The notes: a model not told the origin generated them from the letters alone. A stretch of DNA of 64,000 nucleotides from Paramoeba atlantica (GCA_977017575.1 CDRNVI010000160.1:34746-98745); one strand, 5' to 3'. Shown: positions 49,002-61,377, numbered from the stretch's first letter. Made by a program: numbers and translations.

Positions 49002-49609
49002 GAATAAAAATCATTTAAAAATCATTGATCAGAAGAAACTCAATTATTTGATATTTTGAAGAAAAGGTTCCGGATTCATTTTTCTTGTGAAAAAAAATCT
49101 TAAACAAAAATCTCAAACAAAAATCTCAAAGAATGAAACTCATTTCAAAGAATTTTTGCGATTTCATTGGGAACCAATTTTGTGTAAATTTTGAATTTTG
49201 GCGATTGGAGAAAGAGAGAAAAAAATGAGAAAAAAAAATTCACAAAAATCGTCGAAAAAAAAGAAATTCTTCTTTTTTTCCCTCAAAGTAGTGACCTTTT
49301 TGTAGTTATCAAATGAGTATTTTAAATAAAGTAAAAATATAAAAAAGGAAGATACTACCTTTCTGTTTCTTTTCTCGTTTCGTGTGTCGCGGCGAAAAGA
49401 AAGAGAACAAGAGGTTTGTTTGTTTTTTTTTGTTTTGTGAATTTATTTTTTTGTTATTCTTTTATTTGTTTTTTATTTTTATTTTTAAAACAATTTTTTG
49501 TTTTTGATATTTTTTTTGAAAAAGTTTGGTTTTTTTTTTTCAAACAATGTTTGTTGTGTTTTTCTTTTTCTTTTTCATTTTTTTAATCTTTGTTTCTTTT
49601 CTCAGAAAG

Positions 49610-52600
49610 ATGGCTGACGATCAGAGAGAAGGTTTCTTTCTCTTTTCTCTTTTCTCTTTTTTCTTTTTCTCTCTTTCTCTCTTCTTTTCTCATTCTCTTA
49701 CCCTCTTCTCTTTCTTCTTTCTCTTTCTTTCTTTCTCTCTCTTTCTCTCTCCAATGCAACAGAAGAAGAAAAGAAACAAACGGTGAAAAGAGATTTTCTT
49801 CTCCAAATACAAAAAGATGTACAATCTGTTTGGAATGAAAAGAAAGTTTGGGAACTTGATGCTGAAGAAGGAGACAAAACTCCTAAATTTATGGTTCTTT
49901 TCTCTCTCCTTTTTCTCTCTCTCTTTCTTTCTCTCTTCTCTTTTCTTTCTTTCTTTCTTTCTCCAAGTACAAAGAAAAAAAAGGTTTCCAGAACCAAAAT
50001 TTGGAAATAAAAAAGAAAGATTGGAGAAATTGATCCACCCTTTTTTTCTCCAAAAATAAAATTCTCTCTCTTCTCTCTCTTTCTCTCACCTCTTTCTTTC
50101 TCTCTCTTCCCAAAACTCTTTGGCTTTTTCTCTTCTTTTTCTTTCCCTTTCTCTTTTCTCTTTTCTCTTTTCTCTTTCTCTTTCTCTTTCTTTTCTTCCT
50201 ATATTCAATTATTTTAGGCGGTGTTTCCATATCCTTATATGAACGGATCTCTTCATCTTGGCCACAGTTTTACAATTTCTAAGGTTTTTTTCTCTTTCTC
50301 TTTCTCTTTCTCTTTCTCTTCTTTTCCCCCTCTTTCCTTGAAAACCTAATTCTCTTCCCCCCCTTTCCATTTCTCTCCATCTTCTCTCTCTCTTCCCTCT
50401 CTCTCTTCCCTCTCTCTTTTTCTTTTTTCCCAAAGGCGGAATTCGTCACAGGATTTCAAAGACATCTTGGAAAGAAAGCTCTTTTCCCTTTTGCTTATCA
50501 TGTTACTGGAATGCCTATCAAGGTTTCTTCTTCTCTTTTCTCTTTTCTCTCTTCCTTTCTTTCTTTTCTTTTTTCCTTTCTTTCTTTCTTTTTTCTTTCT
50601 CTCTTTTCTCTCTTTTCTCTTTTTTTTTCTTTCTTTTCTCTCTTCTCTCTTCTCTTCGGTTCCTTCTCGACTCTTCTAATTCTCTCTCTCTCTCTCTTCT
50701 CCCTCCTTTCTTTCTTCAGGCATGTGCAGACAAACTAAGAAGAGAGATTGATACATATGGAAATCCTCCTCAATTCCCAGAAGTGAAAGAAGAAGAAGAA
50801 GAGAAGAAAGAAGAAAAGAAAAAGAGTGCTGCTGATCCTCTTAAATTTCAAGCTGCAAAGGTATTTTTATTTTTTATTTTAATTTAATTTAATTTATTTT
50901 TATTTTATTTTTATTTTTCTTTTTATTTTTCTTTTTCTTTTTCTTTTTCTTTTTCTTTTTCTTTTTCTTTTTCTTTTTCTTTTTTCTCTTTTTCTCTTTC
51001 TCCTTCCCTTCCTTTCTCTCTCTCTCTCTTCACTCACAACCAACAAACCAGACAAAACTGAAAGCCAAAGCCGGAAAAGGAATGTTCCAATGGAAAATCA
51101 TGGAACAACTGGGAATTAGCGCAGAAGATATCCCTAAATTTGCTGATGCTGCTCATTGGCTTGACTTTTTCCCTCCTATTGCTCAGGTTTTTTTTTTTTG
51201 TTTTTTTTTTATTTTTGTTTTTATTTTTGTTTTTATTTTTGTTTTTATTTTTGTTTTTATTATGTTATTATTATGTTATTATTATGTTATTATTATTTTT
51301 TTTAAAATGTTTTTGTGTTTTTTTTTGGCTTGATTTTCCCTCCTATTTTTTTGTTTATTTTTTGGTTTTTTTTTGTTTATTATAAATAATAAATATTCCC
51401 AAAAAAAATAGGAAGATCTGAGTGCAATGGGATGTAAAATTGATCATCGGCGGAGTTTTCTGACAACAGATGTCAATCCTTTTTACGATTCTTTTGTTCG
51501 TTGGCAGGTTTTTTCTTTTTTTCTTTTTTCTTTTTTTCTTTTTTCTTTTTCTTTTTCTTTTTCTCTTTCTCTTTTTCTCCTTGCTCTTTTTTTTTTTAAA
51601 AAAAAACAAACTCATTTTCTTTCTTTTCTTTTCTTTTCCCTTTTTTCCTCTTCTCTTTTCTCCTTTCCTCTCTCCCCAGTTCAACAAACTGAATGAAATG
51701 GGACTGTGCAAATTCGGAAAAAGATTTGTGATTTGGTCTCCAATCGATGATCAACCTTGTGCTGATCACGATCGTTCATCTGGTGAGGTAACCTATTTTG
51801 TTATTTCTTTTTTTTTTAAAAAAAAACTTTTTTATTCCCTTTTTAAAAATTGTTATAAAAATTATTTGTTTTTATGATCCGAGATTTTTTGTCTTTTTTT
51901 TTAAAAAAAAAACAAATTGTGAGACCCTCTTTTTCAATTTCTAATCATTTTTTCATATCTCCAGAACGTACAACCAACAGAATACGTAGTAGTAAAAATC
52001 CCAGTAAAAGAACCATACCCGTCAGCACTAAAATCACTGAGTGGAAAGAAGGTTTCTTTTGCGGCTGCCACTCTCCGCCCTGAAACTATGTATGGTCAGA
52101 CGAATTGTTGGGTTCTTCCTGATGGTGATTATGCTGCTTTTGAAATTCAGTTTTGTGCTTTTTTTTTGTTTTTTTTGTTTTTTTTTGTTTTTTGTTTTTT
52201 TTGTTTTTGTTTTTGTTTTTTTTGTTTTTGTTTTTGTTTTTTTGTTTTTGTTTTTTTGTTTTTTTTTTTTTTTTTTTTTTTTTTTGTTTTTGTTGATTTA
52301 TTTGTTGTTTGTTTGTTTGTATGTTATTTTGTGATCTTATTGATGTCAATAAGGTTTTGATTGAAAACATTATTTTTTCTTCTTATTAAATCAATTTTAA
52401 TCTCAGGGAAGGAGATGTTGTTATCTGTGCTGAACGAGCCGCTCGCAACATGTCATTCCAAGGTTCCATTTTTTTTTTGAAAATTGAAGAAAGATTTTTG
52501 TTTTGATTTTGTGTTAAAAACAAAAACTTTTGAAAAGAAATAAAACTCACATGAAAAAATTTCACAGGAAATTCACTTGATTATGGAAAAGTCACTTGTC

Positions 52601-55038
52601 TCCTGAGTAATATTAAAGGAAAAGATCTGATTGGAACTGCTCTTACTCTTCCAATGGAATCTCATTATGATGTCATTTATACTCTTCCAATGATGACAGG
52701 TTTTGTCTAATTTTTATTTTTAGTCTTTTTTTGTCAATTTTGTTTTGTTTCTCTTGAAAAAATGGAATCTAATTATTGATCTTTTCTCTCTCTCTCTTTC
52801 TTTTTTGTTCTTTCAGTCCTTATGGACAAAGGAACGGGAATCGTCACAAGTGTACCAAGCGACTCTCCTGCAGACTACCGCACAATCCTCGACCTCAAGG
52901 AAAAACCAGATCTCAGAAAAAAATTCGATATCCTTGATGAGTGGATTCTCCCATACGATTCTGTCAAAATTATTGATATTGAGGGAGATACAGAATGTGC
53001 CAAGACTGTTTGCGAAGAACTCAAGGTCACTTCTCAAAACGATCCGAAACTTGAGGATGCGAAGACAATTGCTTATCGTCTTGGATTTAATAAGGGTGTG
53101 ATGATTGTGGGATCTCAAAAGGGAAAACCAGTTACTGTCGCAAAACCCCTTCTCACACAAGAACTGATTGAACAAGGAAATGCATTTAAATATGCGGAAC
53201 CTTCTGATGAAGTGATCTCTCGTTCTGGGAGTGTTTGTGTCGTTGCACTTTCTAATCAATGGTATCTTCCTTATGGAGAGGGAGAGTGGCTCAAGAAAGC
53301 AAAGGAAGCTGTTGATCGAATGAAGATGTATGGAGATTCTCGAGCAACTCGAAAATCCTTTGAGGAAGCTCTTGATTGGCTCCACGAGTGGGCTTTCTCT
53401 CGAACCTATGGGCTTGGAACAAAAGTCCCTTGGGATGAGAATTATCTGATTGAATCTCTTTCTGATTCCACCATTTATATGGCGTATTATACCATCGCAC
53501 ATCTTCTGCAAGGAGGAAATCTCTCTGGGTCACAGCTCGGTCCTCTGGGAATTAAACATGAGCAAATGATCCCCGAAGTTTGGGATTATGTTTTTGGAAT
53601 GTCACCGGATGTTCCTGAAAAATCCGATATCGCCCCTGAACATCTTAAGACAATGAGGAGAGAATATGAATATTGGTATCCTTATGATGTTCGTGTGAGT
53701 GGAAAAGATCTTGTGAAAAATCATCTGACTTTTGCGGTGTATAATCACGTTGCTCTCTTTGAAGATGAGAAGAGATGGCCAAAAGGTGTCAGAACAAATG
53801 GATTTCTGCTCCTGAATGGAAAGAAAATGTCAAAAGGAGCGGGAAATTTTCTGACTCTGAGGGAAAGTATTCAAAAATATTCTTCTGATGCGATGAGAAT
53901 GGCTCTGGCGGAAGCAGGGGATAATCTTGATAATTCTAATTTTACTCATGGGTCTGCAAATGCCGCTATTCTTAAGCTTTTTAAATTTGTTGATTTTGTT
54001 AAGGAGATGGTGGAGAAGAAGAAGAGTCATCGAACTGGTGAATTTAATTTTAGAGATCGAGTTTTTGCTGCTCAGGTTTTTATTTTTGTTCTTATTCTTT
54101 GTTTTTCTTTTGTTTTTTTTTTTCTCTCTCTCTTCTTTTATTGAAATGAAAAGATAATGATATTATTTATTGATTTAAATTTTTCTTTTTTTTTTTTATA
54201 GATTGATCGAGCCATCGTGAGAGCAACCGCAGCGTACGAAGAAATGAATTTCAGAGAAGCTCTTATCGCTGGTGTCTTTGACCCAAAAGCAGATATTGAT
54301 TCTCATATTCACTCCACTTCAACTCTTGGAGGACCACACGCAGACCTGATTTCCCGATATATCCAAGTCCAACTTCTTCTTCTTGATCCAATTTGCCCAC
54401 ATACAATGCAATATATTTGGAAAGATGTTCTCGGAAATAAGGAACAGCTGCTTTGTGATGTTCCTTGGCCTGTTCCTTTCCAGGATGTGGATATTAAGAT
54501 TACAATTCAACAAGATAAGTGGGTGGGTCAAGCTCTGTCGGCTATGCGAGCAAAGATTGACTACGAAGTCAAACAGGCATCAAAGAAGGGAAGTAATGGA
54601 GATAAATTTGAGTGTTCTCGGGTTGTTGTTGTTGTTGGAGAACACCCTGAGTTTATGGCTGAGACAGAAGTTTTTCTGAGAAAGGTATTTAATGAAGAGA
54701 CAAACTCTCTCCCACCACTGAAGGAATTTGCTGGGCAACTGAAGAATCTGAACAGTCTGAAAGGAAATAAGAAGGCAATGCAGCTTTGTATGAAACTTGT
54801 GAAAGAGACAGTGGATAAGGTTGCTGTCGAAGGGGCTCCTGCTCTCCAACTTGGTCTCTCTTTTGATGAAGTTGAGACCATTCAGATGAATTGTGATTAT
54901 CTGAAAGCTGCTCTGGGAGTGAAAGAAGTTTCTGTGGCGAGAGAAGCTGACGCTGGTGCTGATCTTCCTCCAAAGAGAGTTCTTTCTTGTCCTGGAAAAC
55001 CAGCTACTGTTTCTCTTTTTATTCAAAAGATTGAGTGA
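49610..55038 (+). CDS. LARS1: Cytosolic leucyl-tRNA synthetase, multi-exon
   Basis: [14 protein letters not shown] (HIGH), [33 protein letters not shown] (CP1 editing domain), [30 protein letters not shown] (KMSKS). Confidence 0.96.
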
Positions 55039-55447
55039 AGAGAGAGAGAAATTTTCTCTTTTTGAGATTTTTGGGATTTGTTTTTTTGATGATGAATGAT
55101 GTGATGGGTTTGTGGAGGATGGATTTTGGTGTGTCGAGAGGTGTTGTGGTGTTGGTGAGTGTTTGGAATTTCAAAAGTTGTGTTGGGAAGGAGGGTCGAA
55201 AAGAAAATTTTCAGTAAACTGACATTTTTTCTCAACTTTTTCATCCCTTCTTTGTCTTATTATTGAATAATTATCAATCTCTCAAATGAATTGAGCGAGA
55301 GATTTCTCACTCCAAGAGCTTGAGTCAAGAAAACTGTGATTGTTTGAAATTTCGTGGAAAGAGAGTTTTCTCCGAATTCTTTGTTCTCTCTCTCTTTCTC
55401 TTTCTCTCTCTTTCTCTCTCTCTTTGACACGAAGGAAAAGGAGGGTG

Positions 55448-57535
55448 ATGAATTGGTTGTCGGTGTGGTGTTGGATTCAATTTGGAACAGGGGTCTATCT
55501 CTTTCCAAGTCGAATCCACTTTTACAATTCCATGGGGTTTGAATCCTCTCATTTGAAAAGTGAAGAGAAAGGAAAGATTCCTCTTCTTTTGAGAAAGAAA
55601 AGGGGTTTGTCAACACAAGGTTATCCTTTCTTGGGAGTGGTCAAAGTTCCCCACTTTTCTTCTCTTGTTTTAGTTCTCTTGTATCTTCTTTATTTGATCA
55701 ATCTCGCTTACATTGGTTGGTTTGGATCTTCATTCGTGGGGAATATCACTGCAATGATTCTCTATGTTTGTGTTGTTTCATCTCTTTGGGCGGAAGAGAG
55801 TCTCTCTTACCATAGAAATATCCTTCCATGTGTTGTTCATCTCTATGCTGCTCTCATCCAACTCAGTATCAGCGGTGGTGGTGGTGGTGGGTTTGAAAGA
55901 GATGAAGAAGATTTATTCGAACCGGTGTTGTTACAATGTATTCAACTTCATGTTTCTTCGATTTACTATGCTGGTGGGATGCAAAGAATCAGTGCTTCTT
56001 TTATTCAGAATATGTTTTGGGGTTTTTTTATTCCTCTTTCTGTGACTTGGAATGGGCTTTGGAGTAAACCTCTTCTTGCTCATGGTCGTTGGGGAAATCG
56101 AATTGGAAAAAAGGGAAAAGGGAAAGGAGAAGAGAAAGGGGAACAAGAAGAAAAAGAAAAAAAGAAATCAAAGAAGAACCAAACAACTTTAATTGATTTC
56201 GAGAAGTTGAATCCTTTGTGCAACTGGGAAAACATGCCTCCCCTTTTATCTTTCTTGACTTTTCCTATCTTCTTTCCTCTCACTCTCCTCTCTTATCTTC
56301 CTTTCTTTAGTTCTCTCGGCTTATCTTTCCGTCGATACTTGAGCAAAAAATCGATTGAGTTTCATTACTTTATGGTCAGAAAACCGTTCTTTATCTTGTT
56401 TTGTGGGACCTTTGCTCTCTTTTTCGAAATCATTCTCTTTCCCCTCTTTCTTCTCTACCATTGCCCTTACCTCCGAGAAACCTTCTCGAGCTACATCACA
56501 GAGCTCAATAGAGAATATCTCCTTCTTTTCATCTTTATCTCCAGCTGTCTTCTTCTTAATATGCATGTTATGATTTGTTTTCTCCAAGGAATCGATTATT
56601 TGAGTATGTGGGGTCCAGTTCTTTTCTGTTTTATTTTTCTTCCCTCTCTTCCTCCCTCTCTACTCTCATTCACAGCAGCAGGAGAAGACTTATCTCCTTC
56701 TTATTCTCCTCCTCCCTTCTCCTTCTCTTCATTTTATTCTTCTCTCCATGGCGCCTTCTTGGCCTTCCAAATCATCTTTGCGTTGGTATCTGCCGAGAAC
56801 TATAATATCAATATTCCACCATTCATGTCATGCCCAATGTTCTCAGTGGTAAAGCCAATGTTCGGACGTGATCACAGAGTTTATGGTATCAGAGAACCAG
56901 GTGTTCCTCGCTCTAGTCGGTGGGAATACTTTGAATGGAGTTATCCTCAATTTAAGGAGAGCACAGGGATCGGACTTTCTCCTCCTCAGTTCAATAATCT
57001 TCCTTTTTGGGGAATCCAATTTGGTGTGGTTGATAAATACTCTGAGGAACCTGGGTTGAAGAGCTTGAATGATTCAGAATTTTTTTCATATTCTGAGGAG
57101 AATTTTCCATCGGTTCAGTCTCGACCAATTCCTGAATCTTTGAAATGGATTCAACCAGTTTTGAATGTCTATCTTTCTTGTGTTCACAGATTTCGTACTT
57201 CCCTTTTGTCGATGCGTGAATATGGAGTTTGGCATTTTGCTGCTTCTCGAAACATCAAAGGGTCATTACAAGAGTGTGCATGGCATCAAATTTGTTTGGA
57301 AGAAGGCTCAATGTATTATGTGATTTGTAATCGAGATGGGTTAATGGAGAGGTTGGAAGAGTATTTAAAAGAACCACCACATGAATTTCTCTTTTCTGTT
57401 CTTCGTTTATTGAATAATAATAATCGAAAAGCGCAATGGAATTCTTCTTTGATGGATGATCTTTGTGCTCGTCATGCCAAATTTACTCGGGCAATTCTTG
57501 AAATGGTTGGGAGTGATACAACAAGTTCCTGCTAA
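55448..57535 (+). CDS. Multi-pass membrane protein, weakly HTTM-like, intronless, 695 aa
   Basis: Several hydrophobic segments; LLQCIQLHVSSIYYAGG and LFFEIILFPL...MHVMICFLQGIDY resemble the HTTM Q..Y..G / E / H..I...G pattern. The family call is tentative. Confidence 0.55.
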   Translation: MNWLSVWCWIQFGTGVYLFPSRIHFYNSMGFESSHLKSEEKGKIPLLLRKKRGLSTQGYPFLGVVKVPHFSSLVLVLLYLLYLINLAYIGWFGSSFVGNITAMILYVCVVSSLWAEESLSYHRNILPCVVHLYAALIQLSISGGGGGGFERDEEDLFEPVLLQCIQLHVSSIYYAGGMQRISASFIQNMFWGFFIPLSVTWNGLWSKPLLAHGRWGNRIGKKGKGKGEEKGEQEEKEKKKSKKNQTTLIDFEKLNPLCNWENMPPLLSFLTFPIFFPLTLLSYLPFFSSLGLSFRRYLSKKSIEFHYFMVRKPFFILFCGTFALFFEIILFPLFLLYHCPYLRETFSSYITELNREYLLLFIFISSCLLLNMHVMICFLQGIDYLSMWGPVLFCFIFLPSLPPSLLSFTAAGEDLSPSYSPPPFSFSSFYSSLHGAFLAFQIIFALVSAENYNINIPPFMSCPMFSVVKPMFGRDHRVYGIREPGVPRSSRWEYFEWSYPQFKESTGIGLSPPQFNNLPFWGIQFGVVDKYSEEPGLKSLNDSEFFSYSEENFPSVQSRPIPESLKWIQPVLNVYLSCVHRFRTSLLSMREYGVWHFAASRNIKGSLQECAWHQICLEEGSMYYVICNRDGLMERLEEYLKEPPHEFLFSVLRLLNNNNRKAQWNSSLMDDLCARHAKFTRAILEMVGSDTTSSC

Positions 57536-57788
57536 AAGAAACAAACCTAACAATTTGATTGAAAAATAAGAGAAATAATTTGAAAAAGAAACCAAAAATA
57601 ATTGAGAAGAAAGAAGAGAGTTTATTCAGAAAAAAAAGAAGCAAAAAGAAGATTAAGTTCGTCATAGGGAGATTCAATTTCAACCAATCATCTTTCAGAA
57701 AATAAATTCTAAAGATTCATTCACTCAAATCCACCCATTTCACTCACCCAATCATCATCACCATCTTTTCATTGAATCACCATCTCAT

Positions 57789-58772
57789 TTACCACAGATC
57801 TTCATCGTCAGAGAAAAAAGTCCCACCAAAACCGACATCATCAGAATCTGTGTCATTAGGATCGATGAGGTTCTCATCTTGAAGAACATCTTCTTCAATT
57901 TCTTTCTTCTCTTTCAGGGAAGCAGAAGCAGCAGCCAACGCTTTTGCAAGAGCTTCAGGGTCATCAAGAAGAGCCTTGATCTCCTCAGTTCCCTCGAAAG
58001 TGCAAGAAGTGGCCAAAGATAAATGGACAATCAACTTGTAAGCGTTGTTGAGGGAATGAGGAACAGAAGCGAGGGTGGGATAGCCAACTCGTAAGGAAAT
58101 GGAAGCGACTTTTTTGACAGCTTTTTGGAAATCAGAGATCATGTCTTCCTCAGTCAAATCAAGGACCTTTGCATCAAAGAAAGCACCATCGTCAAAAACA
58201 TACTTGACAGAAAGCCCATACTTGAAAGGACGAAGATTCAACTTGGTGAGCAGAACAGCCTGGGAAGGAGTCACTTTCTCTCCCTCACGAATCAAATTGA
58301 CATTGGTCTTAATTTCAATCTGACCTCTTGCAATCATTGTTGGGATTGGAGGATCCAAAGCTTGAAAGAAAGAGGTCTGACCAGGATCAAGACCGGTGGG
58401 ACCAGCGTTTAAAACGACATCACAAGGAGCAACAGCACCAACACGAGCAGGTGCACCAATTTTGTTCTCCAAAATCTTCCTTCTGATAGAGGTGATATCG
58501 CCATTGGTGAAAACAAAACCCAAATTGCCATACAACTTGGGGAGAAGTTGTTGGTACGGAGGGAACTCCTTTTCGTTTTCGCGAAGGATTTTTCGAATGA
58601 CAGTGTTCTTTCCCATCAAAATAGTGGCTTCATTTCGGAGGGAAGAACGGATCCGTTGGAAGTGGTTGGAACCAACGTTATCAGCACCGATAAGGAGAAG
58701 TTTGTCGTGCTCTCTCAGCAAGCCGAGGAGTTGAGAGCGGAAAGCGAGTTTCTTTTCAGAGAGTTGCTTCAT
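57789..58772 (-). CDS. RPLP0: 60S acidic ribosomal protein P0 (uL10), intronless, divergent C-terminus
   Basis: ADNVGSNHFQRIRSSLR, LMGKNTVIRK, GNLGFVFT, GAPARVGAVAP, TGLDPGQTSFFQAL, GYPTLASVPHS. Confidence 0.93.
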   Translation of the reverse strand: MKQLSEKKLAFRSQLLGLLREHDKLLLIGADNVGSNHFQRIRSSLRNEATILMGKNTVIRKILRENEKEFPPYQQLLPKLYGNLGFVFTNGDITSIRRKILENKIGAPARVGAVAPCDVVLNAGPTGLDPGQTSFFQALDPPIPTMIARGQIEIKTNVNLIREGEKVTPSQAVLLTKLNLRPFKYGLSVKYVFDDGAFFDAKVLDLTEEDMISDFQKAVKKVASISLRVGYPTLASVPHSLNNAYKLIVHLSLATSCTFEGTEEIKALLDDPEALAKALAAASASLKEKKEIEEDVLQDENLIDPNDTDSDDVGFGGTFFSDDEDLW

Positions 58773-58922
58773 TTTTGGTTCTTTTGTTAAGCCCCAAGGG
58801 TTACCCAAGGATATTTAAGCTGTTCAAAAGGAAAATGAATTCTGAAGAAGAGAGAGGAAAAAACATCAGAGCAGAGTTCAATGAAAAAGGGAAATGACAA
58901 AAGGATCAGGAAAAATAATAGA

Positions 58923-58932
58923 ATGACGTCAT
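58923..58932. promoter_or_regulatory. Palindromic ATGACGTCAT (CRE-like) in the divergent RPLP0/ankyrin promoter
   Basis: Perfect 10-bp palindrome; related TGACG cores occur in other divergent promoters of the window. Confidence 0.35.
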
Positions 58933-59199
58933 CCTAATTCGTTTGAATTTGATTTTTATTACTCCCTCCCCAATCCAGCCATTTTTTATTACAGTTGGGG
59001 TGCTTTTAAAAGTCGTGATTTGGTTTTTCTTTTTGGCACCATTTTTTCCTCTTTTTCATTCTTTTTTTTGTTTGGAGTTGTTCAAATTTCGTTTTGGTTT
59101 TTTTTGGGGGGGTCTTCAAAATTTCTGTTGATTGTTGTTGTTTGGCTCACACCCAAATTTGTTTTTGAAGGGAGAAGAGAAGAGAGAAGAGAAGGGGAA

Positions 59200-60084
59200 A
59201 TGGCCGAAGATGAAGGGGAAAACTCAATAGGATGTCGATTATATGTTGCTGCTCTGCAAAATGACCATGAACAAATCAGACATCTTATCGAAGAAGGTTT
59301 CTCTTTTTTGCTCTCTCTCCCTCTCTCTCCCATTTCCTTCTTCCTTCTCCACTTTAAAGGGTCAATCAGCTGCTGATTGACACTCTGAGTGATGGGTTCT
59401 TTTTTTCTCTTTCTCTATTGAGAAAATGATGGAGATATGAAACACAAGAGATGACCTAAAGATCAAAGTATTTCTCCTCTTTTTTGAGAGTCTGGTCCCA
59501 CACAGAGACGAAAAAGAAAATTATTAAAAAAGAAAGAAAATTGGGTTCTCAAAGATTCGTTCTTCAGCACTCTCCTAAGGCTTGGGAGGGGGATCAGAGT
59601 TGAATTGGATGATGTTGTGTGAAAAATGCTTTTCAAAATAATGGAAGATATTGTCGATCCTTTTTCAAAAATACCTCCTCTTTTTCCGCAATCCAAATTG
59701 AATGAGTTCCCTGATGCCCTTTCACTCGTTTGTTTCAAGAAATAAACAAATTCAAAAACAGGAGCAGATGTAAATTGGAGACATTATTCTTCCGTTGATA
59801 CACCACTCCACGGAGCTGCAGCCTTTGGTTGTTTTGGAGCTGTTAAACTCCTCCTTGATTTGGTTTCTCTTTCTTTTTTCTCTTTTCTGTTTTCTCTCTT
59901 TTCTCTCTTTTCATTTCAAGTGACCCAATTTTTTTGTTCATTCAAAAAACAGGGAGCAGACCCAACCATTCGGAACAGTAGAAATGAAACCCCTTTGGAT
60001 CGAGTTCGGAACAATGAACAACTTTCCGAGTATTTAAAAGCATGGAATACTTGCCAAGTGAAGCCAGCGAAAAAAGATAAATAG
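59200..60084 (+). CDS. Small ankyrin-repeat protein, copy 1 (3 exons)
   Basis: RLYVAALQND...GADVNW...DTPLHGAAAFGCFGAVKLLLDLGADPTIRNSRNETPLD; exons splice in frame; ends CQVKPAKKDK. Confidence 0.88.
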
Positions 60085-60116
60085 GATATGATTGGTCAGG
60101 GAAATGTCATTTGGCT

Positions 60117-60240
60117 ATCAAACTTCACATGAAATGTAATTACAAAATGTATTTTTCTCATATTTTTAGTGATTTGATCTCACAAGCGAATTCATTCAGT
60201 GCAACAATCTTCATGTTAATTTACAAGTTGAAGGGTTTTC
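60117..60240 (+). repeat. Left arm of a ~125-bp imperfect inverted repeat (partner 61160-61306)
   Basis: First 40 bp (atcaaacttcacatgaaatgtaattacaaaatgtattttt) are the exact reverse complement of 61267-61306; similarity continues with indels. Confidence 0.9.
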
Positions 60241-60411
60241 CATAATAAACTTGAGATAAACTTGAAACTCACTTTTTCAACATCCCCTTCTCTTTTTGTT
60301 CCAAGCCCTTCAAGAAAGAATAAATTTTACACAAACAGAAAAAGCAAAATTTTGTTTCTTTTTGAGTGCTTTTGAAGGGAGAGAAAAGAGAGAAGAGAGA
60401 AGAGAGAGGAA

Positions 60412-61086
60412 ATGGCCGAACGTGAAGGATTCCACTCAATTGGAAGTCGATTATATGATGCTGCTCTGCAAAATGAAGTTGAAGAAATCAGACGTCTTAT
60501 TCAAGAAGGTTTGTTTCTCTCTTCTTTTTCTCTCTTCCATTTTCCGCTTTCTCGATTGAAAAAACGAGCAACAATCGTCTTGGATAAGATCAAAGTATTT
60601 CATTCAAAATATTGGGTGATTATTATTGTGTGATCCTTTTTCAAAACATGTAGAGTAGTAAAGGAGTTTAACACAAAAAATACCTCCTCTTTCCGCAACC
60701 CAAATTGAATGAGTTTCTCTATGCCCTTTCACTTGTCCTTGTTTGTCTCAAAGAAAATAAACAAATTCAAAAACAGAAGGAGTAAATGTAAATTGGAGAC
60801 ATTTTGAATCAGATGATACACCACTCCACGGAGCTGCAGCCTTTCGTCAATTTGAAGCTGTTAAACTCCTCCTTGACTTGGTTTCTCTTTCTTTTCTCTC
60901 TTTTCTCTCTTTTCCTTTCAAGTGACCCAATTTTTTTGTTCATTCAAAAAACAGGGAGCAGACCCAACCATTCTGAACAGTAGAAATGAAACCCCTTTGG
61001 ATCGAGTTCGGAACAATGAACAACTTTCCGAGTATTTAAAAGCATGGAATACTTGCCAAGTGAAGCCAGCAAAAACAGAAAAATGA
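60412..61086 (+). CDS. Small ankyrin-repeat protein, copy 2 (recent tandem paralog of 59200..60084)
   Basis: Same three-exon structure, near-identical last exon, alignable intron and 5' UTR sequence; ends CQVKPAKTEK. Confidence 0.88.
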
Positions 61087-61159
61087 GATGAATGTTTTGT
61101 GTATAATGATTGATTGGATCTTCACATATATATATATTTTTATAAAAATATATATTCGA

Positions 61160-61306
61160 GAAAAACCCTTCAAAAAGTGAACTTGGTTAAATAACATGAA
61201 AGATTTGTTTGTTGTTGCAATTGAATGAATTCGCTTCTGAGATCTAAATCACTAAAAATATGATAAAAAAATACATTTTGTAATTACATTTCATGTGAAG
61301 TTTGAT
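61160..61306 (-). repeat. Right arm of the inverted repeat (partner 60117-60240)
   Basis: Reverse complement aligns to 60117-60240 across tatttttagtgattt, gcgaattcattca, catgtta and gaagggtttt. Confidence 0.9.
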
Positions 61307-61377
61307 GTGTCTTGAAGAAAAGAAAAGAAAAAGAGAGGAAAACAGAAGAAGAAAAGGACAGAATGTCTCTCGATTTT

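Noticed and set aside
52813-55026. Minus-strand ORFs 52813..53511 and 54580..55026
   Set aside because: Antisense to long LARS1 exons; no independent motifs.
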